Notes: generated by a model from the letters alone, not told the origin. A stretch of DNA of 64,000 bases from a virus (IMGVR_UViG_2595698755_000001:64001-128000), one strand, 5' to 3'; positions 27,520 to 37,314 are shown, counted from the first letter of the stretch. Numbers and translations are program-made.

Positions 27520-27903
27520 ATGATGCTAATGAAGAAAAGTTTAGCTGTACTAATGACAATGATGATGGCTTTTGGAATGGTTGGGTGCGGTGGAGTGCCA
27601 CAAAATAATTCAAACATTGAACAGAATGAGAGTGATTGTGATTTAGATGATTTATATGAGGGCGATGAGGATTGCGGTTTCTCTTCTAAAAAGAAAAAGA
27701 AAACTAGCACTACAAATGGAGTTGTTTCTACTCCTAAAACTAGTACGTCAAAACCTTCAACATCAACAAGTAAACCAAACCTGTCTAAACCAAGCACAAA
27801 ATCTAGTACACCTAAATCTAGCACTTCAACACCTAAAGTAAATATTAGCAAACCATCAACACCTGCACCGAGTAGACCATCTTCACCATCACGTAGTAAA
27901 TAG
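27520..27903 (+). CDS. Lipoprotein with acidic CDLDD..EGDEDC segment and Ser/Thr/Pro/Lys-rich tail
   Basis: Lipobox MVGC; low-complexity STSKP repeats. Confidence 0.7.
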   Translation: MMLMKKSLAVLMTMMMAFGMVGCGGVPQNNSNIEQNESDCDLDDLYEGDEDCGFSSKKKKKTSTTNGVVSTPKTSTSKPSTSTSKPNLSKPSTKSSTPKSSTSTPKVNISKPSTPAPSRPSSPSRSK

Positions 27904-27914
27904 GAGGAATGTAT

Positions 27915-28307
27915 ATGACATTAAAATACAAACATGTAGCAATTGACTTTGACGGAACAATCGTAAATGATGGTTGTTATCCAGCAGGTGGTAAGTTTAA
28001 AGAGAACGCTGTACACGTAATGAAACGTATTATTGCAGAGGGTGGATTTATCTCTATCTGGACTTGTCGTAATGGCAAAGAACAAGAAGAAGTTATTACA
28101 GAAAAATTAACAAATGCAGGAATCTATGACTTTAAGTTAAATGCACCATTTGATTATTTCACAAACATTTACGGTGGAGACAATGCACGAAAAATCTTCG
28201 CTGATACATATATTGATGACCGCAGTATTCATGCCCAACAAACAGGAATTGATTGGTATGAAATCGAAAAAATGTTATTCGAAAGTGTTGACAAAGATAA
28301 AAAATAA
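27915..28307 (+). CDS. HAD-superfamily phosphatase (capless type)
   Basis: IDFDGTIV, IWTCR and KIFADTYIDDR motifs. Confidence 0.85.
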   Translation: MTLKYKHVAIDFDGTIVNDGCYPAGGKFKENAVHVMKRIIAEGGFISIWTCRNGKEQEEVITEKLTNAGIYDFKLNAPFDYFTNIYGGDNARKIFADTYIDDRSIHAQQTGIDWYEIEKMLFESVDKDKK

Positions 28308-28316
28308 TGATATAAT
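28288..28316 (+). promoter_or_regulatory. sigmaA-type promoter, family member
   Basis: TTGACA-aagataaaaaataatga-TATAAT. Confidence 0.85.
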
Positions 28317-28341
28317 AAGTATATAAGGAGGAACAAGTTAA

Positions 28342-28857
28342 ATGGAACTACGAGGAAAAGTCATTAACGCATACGCAGAAGGAAGTGATATCAACTTCAT
28401 GGCAGAATGTTTTGGTATCACTCCACAAGAAGTATTAAACGAACTACGACAATTTAAAGAGGATAGTGTTTACAAACGTACTTTCAAAGATGAATTTAAG
28501 ATTATGATTGCAGAACGAGATATGAGAAAAATTACTCGCACTAGTATTGCAGAAGATTTACAACTGAATGTTGCTACAGTAAAGAATGCATGTGAGAAGT
28601 TTGGTAACGCAATTAAAGAGTTTGCAAGTAATGATAACTTATATGAAAAGGTTGAAGGTGCGACAAGCATTAAGACTTGTCCGAACTGTGAGTCAAAGAA
28701 AGTGAATGCGATTGACTCTGCATTTCATAACATTGTTGTAGATGGAATCTTCTGCATGGATTGTGGAAACGAATATCTTCAAGTGGATACATATGAGAAA
28801 GAAGAACTTATCTCAACTGATGTCTATAAAGTAAACTTTGAGTATTTAGATGAGTAA
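28342..28857 (+). CDS. HTH plus Zn-ribbon protein, putative regulator
   Basis: RTSIAEDLQLNVATVKNAC HTH-like; CPNC...CMDC. Confidence 0.6.
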   Translation: MELRGKVINAYAEGSDINFMAECFGITPQEVLNELRQFKEDSVYKRTFKDEFKIMIAERDMRKITRTSIAEDLQLNVATVKNACEKFGNAIKEFASNDNLYEKVEGATSIKTCPNCESKKVNAIDSAFHNIVVDGIFCMDCGNEYLQVDTYEKEELISTDVYKVNFEYLDE

Positions 28858-28884
28858 AATTATGAAGAACAAGGAGAGGGTAAT

Positions 28885-29226
28885 ATGGATTTAAATAAAT
28901 TTATGCCAGATTTTCACCAACCTGTACTAGTGCTTAAAACAAAAGTTACTAGAGAAACACGTAGAGATTCATATGATGATATTCTTTTAACACTAGGTGA
29001 AAGACAAAAGAATGTATATCAAACTCTCAAAGCTTCATTCCCAGAAGGGGCTACAGCTAAAGAGTTGGCAGTGTTAATGTTTGAAAGTAAATTGGTGGGG
29101 TCACCAGAACGAAACAGTACACATCCCCGACTGAATGAATTAGTCGAAAAAGGATTGGTTGAGATTATTGGTAAGAAAACTTGTGTCTATACTGATAGAC
29201 GAGTAGCAATCTATCAAACTAAGTAA
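28885..29226 (+). CDS. Winged-helix DNA-binding protein
   Basis: RQKNVY...GATAKELA...RNSTHPRLNELVEKGLV. Confidence 0.7.
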   Translation: MDLNKFMPDFHQPVLVLKTKVTRETRRDSYDDILLTLGERQKNVYQTLKASFPEGATAKELAVLMFESKLVGSPERNSTHPRLNELVEKGLVEIIGKKTCVYTDRRVAIYQTK

Positions 29227-29266
29227 CAATTAAATTTACATAAAAAACTAAAAATGAAATGGAGAG

Positions 29267-29518
29267 ATGTTTATGTTTTCAATTATCGGTGCTTTATTAG
29301 GTGGATGGATTTTACAATTATTCGGATTCGATGCAGTGGTGCAAACAGGAATGCTAGAGTTGTTTGGTAAGACGATTTCAACTACTGGATATTACTTCTT
29401 GTTTGGTGGAATGGGAGCATTAAAGAGTATCATTAAAAAGTTTGGTGTAGGATACGCTAACACGAAAAACTTACAGAAACAAGCAGATGACTTAACAGTT
29501 AAATTCAAAAAGAAATAA
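29267..29518 (+). CDS. Membrane protein
   Basis: Hydrophobic N-terminus; ILQLFGFD...ELFG..I....YY.LF. Confidence 0.65.
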   Translation: MFMFSIIGALLGGWILQLFGFDAVVQTGMLELFGKTISTTGYYFLFGGMGALKSIIKKFGVGYANTKNLQKQADDLTVKFKKK

Positions 29519-29538
29519 GGAAGAGGTAGTACATACAT

Positions 29539-30375
29539 ATGAACAAAGCAGATTTAATCTACAAACAGAATTTACGAAGAATCTTAGAAGAGGGTAGTTG
29601 GGACGAGAACCCACGCCCTCGATATGAGAGTGATGGTGAACCTGCACATTCAATCTTTATCACTCAAGTATTTGAAGAGTACGATATTTCAAAAGATGAG
29701 ACACCAATCACAACTCTTAGACCTATAGCAATCAAGAAAGCTATTGATGAGATTTGTTGGATTTACCAAGACCAGACAAGTGACTTAGCGGTACTTGAAG
29801 AAAAGTATGGTATCTACTGGTGGAGAGCATGGGGACTGAGTGATGGAACGATTGGTCAACGATATGGTGCTACAGTAAGAAAATACGATTTACTAAACAA
29901 CTTCTTAGAAGGTATTAGAAAAGACCCATTTGGAAGACGACATATTCTTTCATTATGGCAAGTGTTAGATTTAATTTCGACAGAAGGATTATCACCTTGT
30001 GCATTCCAGTTTATCGGAAGTTGTCGAAGAGTTAACGAAGACATGTATTTTGACTTAACACTCATCCAACGTAGTAGTGATTATGCTGTTGCAGGTCATA
30101 TTAATATGATGCAATACTTGGCACTGCAAATGATGATAGCACATCACTTAGGAATGAAAGTTGGTAAGTTTGCACGATTCACACAGAATCTTCACATATA
30201 TGATAGACATATCGAACAGGTTGAAGAAATGTTGCGAAGAGAACCTGCACAAGAACAACCACAATTGATTTTAAACGCAGAAGGAAAATCATTCTATGAA
30301 ATTACGTCAGATGATTTTGAATTAATAAACTACAATCCAGTCAGACCTCAATTGAAGTTTGAACTAGGAATCTAG
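29539..30375 (+). CDS. thyA: Thymidylate synthase
   Basis: IGQRYG, RRHI, LSPCAF, QRSSD, N..QY and NLHIYDRH motifs; no intron. Confidence 0.95.
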   Translation: MNKADLIYKQNLRRILEEGSWDENPRPRYESDGEPAHSIFITQVFEEYDISKDETPITTLRPIAIKKAIDEICWIYQDQTSDLAVLEEKYGIYWWRAWGLSDGTIGQRYGATVRKYDLLNNFLEGIRKDPFGRRHILSLWQVLDLISTEGLSPCAFQFIGSCRRVNEDMYFDLTLIQRSSDYAVAGHINMMQYLALQMMIAHHLGMKVGKFARFTQNLHIYDRHIEQVEEMLRREPAQEQPQLILNAEGKSFYEITSDDFELINYNPVRPQLKFELGI

Positions 30376-30386
30376 GAGGAACATAA

Positions 30387-30626
30387 ATGAAAGTATTAGT
30401 GACTGCAAAAGTAAGTAATGATATGAGACAACAAATGTTAGAGATTATTATTGATAACGTTACTAAGTTTAGTGTACATAGTGATGAACAATATCCAGAG
30501 GATAATAGATTATCAGATAACTTTGAGGATTGCTATGACATTCCTGCACTATTGCGTAAAGCATGGGAAGCAGGTAAAAATGGAGAAGACTTTAAAGTAG
30601 AATATGTAAGAGAGGAAGATTTTTAG
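30387..30626 (+). CDS. Hypothetical protein between thyA and DHFR
   Basis: RBS AGGAGG; PEDN.L..NF...AWEAGKNGE. Confidence 0.7.
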   Translation: MKVLVTAKVSNDMRQQMLEIIIDNVTKFSVHSDEQYPEDNRLSDNFEDCYDIPALLRKAWEAGKNGEDFKVEYVREEDF

Positions 30627-30627
30627 A

Positions 30628-31155
30628 ATGATTAGTTTAATTGCATGTGTAGATATGGGAATGGGAATTGCGGATAAGGAGGGTAACTTGTTGTTTGACT
30701 TACCTGCTGACTTACGCTATTTCCGAGAAACAACAAAGAAACAAATTGTAGTGATGGGTCGTAAGACTTGGGAATCATTACCAGAAGATAAACGTCCTCT
30801 GGATAGACGAGAAAATTACGTCTTGACACGAGACAAAGACTTCGTAGCCGAGGGTGCAACAGTCATCCACTCAATTGAAGAGATTCTTGAGTTAGGTAAA
30901 GGCAAGAAAGAAGTGTTTATCATGGGTGGTGGAGAACTGTACAAACAGATGATGCCACATGCTGATAAGATGTATGTAACACATGTACATAATCTCAATA
31001 TTGATGCACGAGTATTCTTCCCGAACTTCGGTGTTGAATGGAAAGCTTTAACTGAAATTAAGCATAAAGCAGATAAAAAACATGCACACAGCTTTACATT
31101 CGCTACATACAAGCGTAGAGAAGAAGAAGTTGTAGAAGCAGAAACTAATAACTAA
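30628..31155 (+). CDS. dfrA: Dihydrofolate reductase
   Basis: LPADLRYF, VMGRKTWESLP, RPL..R.N and FIMGGGELY motifs. Confidence 0.95.
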   Translation: MISLIACVDMGMGIADKEGNLLFDLPADLRYFRETTKKQIVVMGRKTWESLPEDKRPLDRRENYVLTRDKDFVAEGATVIHSIEEILELGKGKKEVFIMGGGELYKQMMPHADKMYVTHVHNLNIDARVFFPNFGVEWKALTEIKHKADKKHAHSFTFATYKRREEEVVEAETNN

Positions 31156-31167
31156 GGAGTGTTGTAT

Positions 31168-31815
31168 ATGTACGGAATGACTGAACCTAGCCGACAAATT
31201 GTAATCTCATCTGGTGTTGATGAGGTATTAGCGAAAGAAATTATGGAGCAACTGACAGCAATCAGTGATTTAGATGATGAGCGTGAAGAGTTACTAAAAA
31301 ACTATGACCGCAATGAACATCCGATTGAAATCTTTATTAACTCTGGTGGAGGTGCTGTAACTGATGGATTTGCTATCATTGGTGCAATGGAAATGTGTAA
31401 CACTCCAATTGTAACATATGCTATGGGTCTTGTAGGCTCTATGGCTCTAGCAATCTTTGTTGCAGGAGATATCCGAATCGCCCACCGTCATGCACGATTA
31501 ATGTACCACTCATTAGCATACGGAATGCTAGGTCACATCAAAGACCACGAACAACAAATCCAAGAAGCTGATTTACTACAACGTATGTATAATAGCTTAA
31601 TGGTAGAACGTACAAACTTCCCGAAAGAGAAGATGGAGGAAATTCGTAATATGAAATATGATTACTACTTCTCTGCAAAGGAAGCAGTACAGCTAGGTGT
31701 AGCACATGACTTCATCAAGAAGCCACAAGAATTAGATGTGTTACTTGAACAAGCACAAGCAGAGCAGGAAGAGAAAGAGATTGTAGAATCTCATCCTTCA
31801 CTTCCAACAGATTAA
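31168..31815 (+). CDS. clpP: ClpP-like protease 2
   Basis: INSGGG.VTDG, VGSMA (Ser), LMYHS (His), YDYYFSAKEA (Asp). Confidence 0.85.
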   Translation: MYGMTEPSRQIVISSGVDEVLAKEIMEQLTAISDLDDEREELLKNYDRNEHPIEIFINSGGGAVTDGFAIIGAMEMCNTPIVTYAMGLVGSMALAIFVAGDIRIAHRHARLMYHSLAYGMLGHIKDHEQQIQEADLLQRMYNSLMVERTNFPKEKMEEIRNMKYDYYFSAKEAVQLGVAHDFIKKPQELDVLLEQAQAEQEEKEIVESHPSLPTD

Positions 31816-31820
31816 GTTAG

Positions 31821-31849
31821 GGTGGTAGAGAAATCTACCACTTTTTCTT
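31821..31849 (+). terminator. Intrinsic terminator
   Basis: GGTGGTAGA-GAAA-TCTACCACT-TTTTCTT. Confidence 0.75.
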
Positions 31850-31876
31850 GACAAAAATAAAACATAATGATATAAT
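31848..31876 (+). promoter_or_regulatory. sigmaA-type promoter, family member
   Basis: TTGACA-aaaataaaacataatga-TATAAT. Confidence 0.85.
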
Positions 31877-31905
31877 TAGGTATAACATATTAGGAGAGTG
31901 GTTTA

Positions 31906-32487
31906 ATGTTAGTAACATACACAGGTAAAGCTTTTGACTACAACAATATCACAAAAGAAAGTATTTGCGTTGATGACATCGCACACAGCCTTGCACATAT
32001 CAATAGATTCGTAGGACATTCATCTCGACCATACAGTGTAGGTGAGCACGTTTTATGGTGTCTATACATGGCAAAAGAATTAGGATATTCTACACGATTA
32101 CAATTATTAACTCTGATTCATGACTTTGAAGAAGCGTATACAGGAGATTGTCCCACACCATTAAAAGTATTACTTCCAGAGTTTTCTGTAATTGCTAAGA
32201 AAGTTGAGAATGCAATCTATGAGCATATTGGAATTGAACCTCCAACAGCAGAAGAGAAATATTTAATTAAGCGCATTGATTTAACAATGTTAGCAATTGA
32301 AATGAGAGACTTAACACTTCATGCTTATCATGAATTTGTTGATGAACATACATATACTGACTTCTTAAATAGTCCAAACTTCGACTTAAACAATGTGACT
32401 TTTAACATCCCTAGAACGTTGTCGATGAGTGTCAAACACTCTTATCATCAACTAATGCTTGAACTAACACTTGAAGGAGAGAAGTAA
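31906..32487 (+). CDS. HD-domain 5'-deoxynucleotidase-like (YfbR/YfdR family)
   Basis: DIAHSL..INRF.GH, YSVGEH, LIHDFEEAYTGD.PTPLK motifs. Confidence 0.85.
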   Translation: MLVTYTGKAFDYNNITKESICVDDIAHSLAHINRFVGHSSRPYSVGEHVLWCLYMAKELGYSTRLQLLTLIHDFEEAYTGDCPTPLKVLLPEFSVIAKKVENAIYEHIGIEPPTAEEKYLIKRIDLTMLAIEMRDLTLHAYHEFVDEHTYTDFLNSPNFDLNNVTFNIPRTLSMSVKHSYHQLMLELTLEGEK

Positions 32488-32488
32488 T

Positions 32489-33193
32489 ATGAGAAGAGTA
32501 AAAGATTTGATTTTGGGGACAATGAACGCTTCAAAATCAGCACAACTTATGATGCAAGCTTTCAACTTAGAACGTCAAGGCAAGAAAGTATTAGTCTTTA
32601 AACCAGAGACAGATACACGTGATGGTGCATTTGTTGCATCCAGAGCATTAGAAGAAAAACGTCCTGCAATTGTTGTACCTAAGAATGATTCTGGAATCTT
32701 GATGTCTATGAAAGCATGGCAGGAGAAACCAGATGTAATCATGTTAGATGAGTTACAATTCTTTACAGTTGCACAGGTTGAAAAGTTAGCAGAAATCTCT
32801 ACTACATATGATGTTGATATTTATGCTTATGGACTGTTAAACTCTTATACTGGTAAAATGTTTGAACCAACTAAGAGAGCGATTGAGTGCGGATTCCGTA
32901 TCGCAACAATTACTATGCAGTGTGATAAGTGTATGAATGATGCAACAAATCACTTATTGTATATGGATGGTGTCCTGCAAGTAGAGGGTACTGGTATTAG
33001 TGTTGAGGACTTTGCCAATAAGAACCAAGAGTATTTATCTGTATGCTATGACTGTTATCAAGGAGCAATTGATGTACATGAGATGAATATGATGGAACAG
33101 AGACTCAAACATGCTGAAATAAAAATCACAGACAGCGCAATCATCAATAGAAAATGTAGCAATGATGACAATGGAGAATCTGCACCATTCTAA
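32489..33193 (+). CDS. tdk: Thymidine kinase
   Basis: GTMNASKS, FKP..DTR, LDELQF, YGL and Zn ligands CDKC...CYDC. Confidence 0.88.
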   Translation: MRRVKDLILGTMNASKSAQLMMQAFNLERQGKKVLVFKPETDTRDGAFVASRALEEKRPAIVVPKNDSGILMSMKAWQEKPDVIMLDELQFFTVAQVEKLAEISTTYDVDIYAYGLLNSYTGKMFEPTKRAIECGFRIATITMQCDKCMNDATNHLLYMDGVLQVEGTGISVEDFANKNQEYLSVCYDCYQGAIDVHEMNMMEQRLKHAEIKITDSAIINRKCSNDDNGESAPF

Positions 33194-33221
33194 ATAAAAA
33201 TAAAAAATAATGATATAATAC

Positions 33222-33266
33222 TTGACTTTACCACTTAAACCTGCTATAATATAAATATAGCAGGTT
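33222..33266 (+). promoter_or_regulatory. sigmaA promoter (non-family spacer) overlapped by an 11-bp inverted repeat
   Basis: TTGACT-17-TATAAT at 33222-33250; AACCTGCTATA-N7-TATAGCAGGTT at 33238-33266. Confidence 0.7.
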
Positions 33267-33289
33267 ATTATTTTATGGGAGGGATTTTA

Positions 33290-33859
33290 ATGAGATATGG
33301 AATTGGAGATATTGTGAAAAAGAAAACCAATGCGAACAAGATGGAATATTATATTGTTGTCGATGTGTTTTTTAAGTTTGAAAAAGAAGTAAACAAACAA
33401 AACTCATTCTTTATCAGTGATGATGATACTAAATATACAGCAATCAAAATTTATCCAGTAGAACATGAGGGTGAGGTTTATATCTGTACTTCTGCAACTA
33501 TAGAGACTGTAGCATTCATGCACCAAAAACAGCATGAGGTAATCATGGAAATGATTAATAGAAAGCGTAATGAACGTGGTATGAAGTGGGAATCAGAGTA
33601 TATGAGAGCAATCAAAGCAAAGAAAAAACAAGGATTTATACAAAGCTTTGAGAAAGCAGAAATCAAACCTAAGAAGAAGCGTGGTAGACCTAAAAAGTTA
33701 AAAGATAAGGATGATGTGGTTGAATATCATAAACTTGAGACAGTTGATGACTGTTTGGATGCACTTAACAATCTGTCTGCTTTACATAAAATGTTTGGTG
33801 ATGAAGCATACATACAGCTTAAAGAAGTAGTTACAGATAGATTAAAAGAATTATGCTAG
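33290..33859 (+). CDS. Hypothetical protein with AT-hook-like motif
   Basis: KKKRGRPKK; C-terminal DDCLDALN...FGDEAY; RBS GGGAGG before ATG 33290. Confidence 0.65.
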   Translation: MRYGIGDIVKKKTNANKMEYYIVVDVFFKFEKEVNKQNSFFISDDDTKYTAIKIYPVEHEGEVYICTSATIETVAFMHQKQHEVIMEMINRKRNERGMKWESEYMRAIKAKKKQGFIQSFEKAEIKPKKKRGRPKKLKDKDDVVEYHKLETVDDCLDALNNLSALHKMFGDEAYIQLKEVVTDRLKELC

Positions 33860-33873
33860 GAGATGGTTAATTA

Positions 33874-36800
33874 ATGAGATACGAAAATATACATAAACAT
33901 ACTAAATATTCAAATATCAGTACACCCGATTCAATTATTTCAGTTGAGGACATTGCAAAGAGAGCAGTAGAACTAGGACATAAAACTTTATGTACAGTGG
34001 AACATGGATATGCAGGTAACGTATTTGAGTATTACGATGTAGCGAAAAAATATGGATTGAAATTGGTATTCGGTGTTGAGTTTTATTATGTGCATGACCG
34101 ATTTGCTAAAGACAGAACTAATGCCCATCTATTAATCTTAGCAAAAAACAATGAAGGGAAAAGACAGTTAACAAAGCTGATTTCAGAAGCAAATCAAACT
34201 GGGTATTATTTCAAACCACGTATTGATGAAGCATTATTATTCTCTCTTAATCCAGAGGATGTTGTTGTGACTTCTACATGTATCGCAAGTCCGTACAATC
34301 TTTATAAGGATGAGTGTTTCATTAAGAAGTGTCATGAGTATTTCGGTGACAATTTCTACTTAGAAATTCACGACAACACAAACATTAAACAGGTTGAATA
34401 TAATTTAATGTTATTGAATATGCATAATAAATATGGCATTCCATTTATCTTCGCAACTGATACACATTACATTCATGAAGAAGATGCAAAATGGCGTGAC
34501 CTTCTTTTACGTGGTAAAGGGATTTACTACCCAGAAGAAGATGGATTTATTATGGACTATCCAGAATCAGACAAGGTGTTTGAACGCTTTGAAAAGCAAG
34601 GTGTATTCACTCGTGAACAAGTTGAGAGTGCTTTGCAGAACACTTGGATTGTCGATGACTTTGAAGATATCGAGATGAATAAAGACATCAAGATGCCATC
34701 TATCTACCCAGATTTAAGTCATGAAGAGAAGATGAAAAAGTTAAAGGCAATCATCAATAAAGAGTGGATTGAGGATAGAAAGCATATTCCAAAAGAGAGA
34801 CATCCAGAATACATAGAAGCTATGAAGTTTGAAATGGATATCATCGAAAAGACCTTTACAGAGGACTATTTCCTACTGAACTATCCAATCATTAAACGTG
34901 CAAAAGAGTTAGGTGGAGTATTAACACGTACAGGTCGTGGCTCTGCGCCATCATACTATTTAAACAAGCTTTTAGGATTCACAGAGGTTGACCGACTTGA
35001 TGCACCAGTACGATTATATCCTACACGTTTCATGTCAATATCTCGTATCCTAGAAACAAAATCATTACCAGATATTGACTTTAATACTTCTGACCCAGAA
35101 CCATTCGTAACAGCAACAAAAGAGATTTTAGGGGATGACAATTGTTACTGGATGGTTGCATATGGAACAATGCAGGAATCAGAAGCATTCCGAAACTTGT
35201 GTCGTGCATACGATATACCACAGGATGAATTTAATGAAATTGGTAAAGACTTGGATTCATACAGAAAGCATCCTCGTTGGGGAAGCATCATTGAAGAATC
35301 TAAAATCTTTATCGGTGTAATTGATTCAGTCTCTCCACATCCATGTGCGAACTTGTTACTATCCACACCTATTTCAGAAGAAGTAGGAGTATTACGTGTA
35401 GGTAGTGATGATGAAGACACAGGTAAAAAGAAAGTTACATATTGTGCATTAATTGACTCTGATACATCTGATGCTTGGAAGTACCTTAAAAATGATTATC
35501 TGACTGTTACAGTTTGGAAAATTATTGCAGAAGGATTTAAAGCTGTCGGTCTTCCAATCCCAGATGTACGTGAGTTGAGCCAAATGGTTGAAGACAATGA
35601 AAAGGTTTGGGAGTTGTACGAAAAAGGATTAACTGCTACACTGAACCAAACAGGAACAGATAGCGGTACACCACAGGTTATGCAATATAAGCCTAAGAGT
35701 GTACGTGAGTTAACTGGTTGGGTGTCTGCAATCAGACCGTCATTCGCATCTATGAAAGCGTACTTCTTGAATCGTAGACCTTTCTCATATGAGATTCCAG
35801 AATTTGACAAGTTACTAGAATCAAGTGACAACTTCATTCTGTATCAAGAGAACATCATGGAAGCCTTGGTATATGCAGGATTCCCAGAGGATGAAACGTA
35901 TGGTCTTCTGAAAGCCATTGCCAAGAAGAAGGAAGGTATCATTGAACCTATCCATGACAAATTCATTAATGGATTCATTGAGAAAACAGGAAGTGAAGAG
36001 AATGCATTAAAGGTATGGAAAATCCTTGAAGATGCAGTAGGTTATGGATTCAACTCTTCTCACGCATATTCAGTGGCATTAGATAGTATCTATGGTGCTT
36101 ATCTAAAAGCAGTACATCCACTGGAATATTATGCAACTGTATTGAATATATATCAAAAGAGTACCGAGACAACAGGAAAGATTACAAAAGAATTAGACCA
36201 CTTCGGTATTGAGATTGAGCCAATTAAGTTTGGTAAATCTAGAGGTATATATTCTGCTGACCAAGCAACACAAAAGATTTACAAAGGTATTGCATCCATC
36301 AAGAATCTTAACGGTCAAATAGCAGAAGAGTTTTACGAGATGTCACAAGAACATGAGTTTGATACATTCCTAGACTTACTTCTTCATATCGCAAACACAG
36401 ACAACAAGATAAACAAAACTCACTTAGAGACTCTAATCAAATTAGACTTCTTTGCAGAGTTTGGAAGCAAGGGTAAACTCATGAAAATCTATACAGGATT
36501 TAGAGATGGTAAAGGTATCAAATACGATAAGAAACACGTTGACAAAACGAAAGTAAAACGTATTGAACTTTTACGAGCATTCCAAGAAGAGGTAATGAAT
36601 GCACCAGAAGAGAAGATTGACCTCTTTGAACAGATTGCATTTGAAAAAGATGCACTCGGATATGCTGTCACTACATTCCCAAATGTAGATGAGGATATCA
36701 CCCTTGTAGTAGATGTGAATAAGAAGTACAAACCAAAGATTACATTGTATCAAATTTCAACAGGTAAGGAGTTTACATTCAAAGTTGAGAAGAAGAAATT

Positions 36801-36984
36801 CTACACTGACGATGATGATTTACTCTATGTTGGAGATGTAATCAAAGTATTAGAAGTCGAAGAGAAATACGGATGGAAACAGGAACAAGTAAATGGTAAA
36901 GTGAAATGGGTTAAAGACGAGTCCAAAATCGAGCCACACCTTGAGCAATGTGAACTACTCCGAAAAAGCACGAAACGTAAGTAA
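33874..36984 (+). CDS. dnaE: DNA polymerase III alpha subunit (family C)
   Basis: PHP domain H.H..YS...EHG...TDTHY; GRGSA, PDIDFN, HPC, YQE and YGFNSSHA.S motifs. Confidence 0.95.
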   Translation: MRYENIHKHTKYSNISTPDSIISVEDIAKRAVELGHKTLCTVEHGYAGNVFEYYDVAKKYGLKLVFGVEFYYVHDRFAKDRTNAHLLILAKNNEGKRQLTKLISEANQTGYYFKPRIDEALLFSLNPEDVVVTSTCIASPYNLYKDECFIKKCHEYFGDNFYLEIHDNTNIKQVEYNLMLLNMHNKYGIPFIFATDTHYIHEEDAKWRDLLLRGKGIYYPEEDGFIMDYPESDKVFERFEKQGVFTREQVESALQNTWIVDDFEDIEMNKDIKMPSIYPDLSHEEKMKKLKAIINKEWIEDRKHIPKERHPEYIEAMKFEMDIIEKTFTEDYFLLNYPIIKRAKELGGVLTRTGRGSAPSYYLNKLLGFTEVDRLDAPVRLYPTRFMSISRILETKSLPDIDFNTSDPEPFVTATKEILGDDNCYWMVAYGTMQESEAFRNLCRAYDIPQDEFNEIGKDLDSYRKHPRWGSIIEESKIFIGVIDSVSPHPCANLLLSTPISEEVGVLRVGSDDEDTGKKKVTYCALIDSDTSDAWKYLKNDYLTVTVWKIIAEGFKAVGLPIPDVRELSQMVEDNEKVWELYEKGLTATLNQTGTDSGTPQVMQYKPKSVRELTGWVSAIRPSFASMKAYFLNRRPFSYEIPEFDKLLESSDNFILYQENIMEALVYAGFPEDETYGLLKAIAKKKEGIIEPIHDKFINGFIEKTGSEENALKVWKILEDAVGYGFNSSHAYSVALDSIYGAYLKAVHPLEYYATVLNIYQKSTETTGKITKELDHFGIEIEPIKFGKSRGIYSADQATQKIYKGIASIKNLNGQIAEEFYEMSQEHEFDTFLDLLLHIANTDNKINKTHLETLIKLDFFAEFGSKGKLMKIYTGFRDGKGIKYDKKHVDKTKVKRIELLRAFQEEVMNAPEEKIDLFEQIAFEKDALGYAVTTFPNVDEDITLVVDVNKKYKPKITLYQISTGKEFTFKVEKKKFYTDDDDLLYVGDVIKVLEVEEKYGWKQEQVNGKVKWVKDESKIEPHLEQCELLRKSTKRK

Positions 36985-36992
36985 CAGATAAT

Positions 36993-37021
36993 TTGACAGA
37001 AGTAAAGAATTATGATATAAT
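36993..37021 (+). promoter_or_regulatory. sigmaA-type promoter, family member
   Basis: TTGACA-gaagtaaagaattatga-TATAAT, followed by a hairpin at 37025-37050. Confidence 0.85.
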
Positions 37022-37079
37022 ATAAATAGGTAGTTGAAAGACTGCCTATTTTGTTATAGGGAAAAGGAGAGGGACTACA

Positions 37080-37289
37080 TTGAATTACTTCGAGAGAGAA
37101 CTAGAAAAAGCAGGTTACGATGATTGGAAAACACTTGGAGGTAAACCATTCACATTCGTAAAAAAAGACGGTTTAGGTAAATGTCCTAAATGCAGTATAA
37201 TTGTATATGATGATGAGTTATTTGTAGAAGAAGATGGCGATGTGTATCACTACGCTTGCTACAACGAGATGAAATCAGAAGAAGAATAG
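37080..37289 (+). CDS. Small Zn-binding protein (TTG start)
   Basis: CPKC...HYAC; RBS AGGAGAGG. Confidence 0.65.
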   Translation: MNYFERELEKAGYDDWKTLGGKPFTFVKKDGLGKCPKCSIIVYDDELFVEEDGDVYHYACYNEMKSEEE

Positions 37290-37311
37290 GAATCGAAAAA
37301 GATTCCTTTTT
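37288..37311 (+). terminator. Intrinsic terminator
   Basis: AGGAATC-gaaaaa-GATTCCT-TTTT. Confidence 0.65.
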
Positions 37312-37314
37312 CTC

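Noticed and set aside
31906-32487. HD protein as DatZ of a Z-base or other modified-base genome
   Set aside because: No PurZ or other base-modification enzyme in the window; ThyA, dUTPase and TK point to ordinary DNA.
3211-36984. Possible introns, inteins or homing endonucleases in nrdE, nrdF, thyA and dnaE
   Set aside because: All four are continuous, of normal length, and show no splice-junction or endonuclease motifs.
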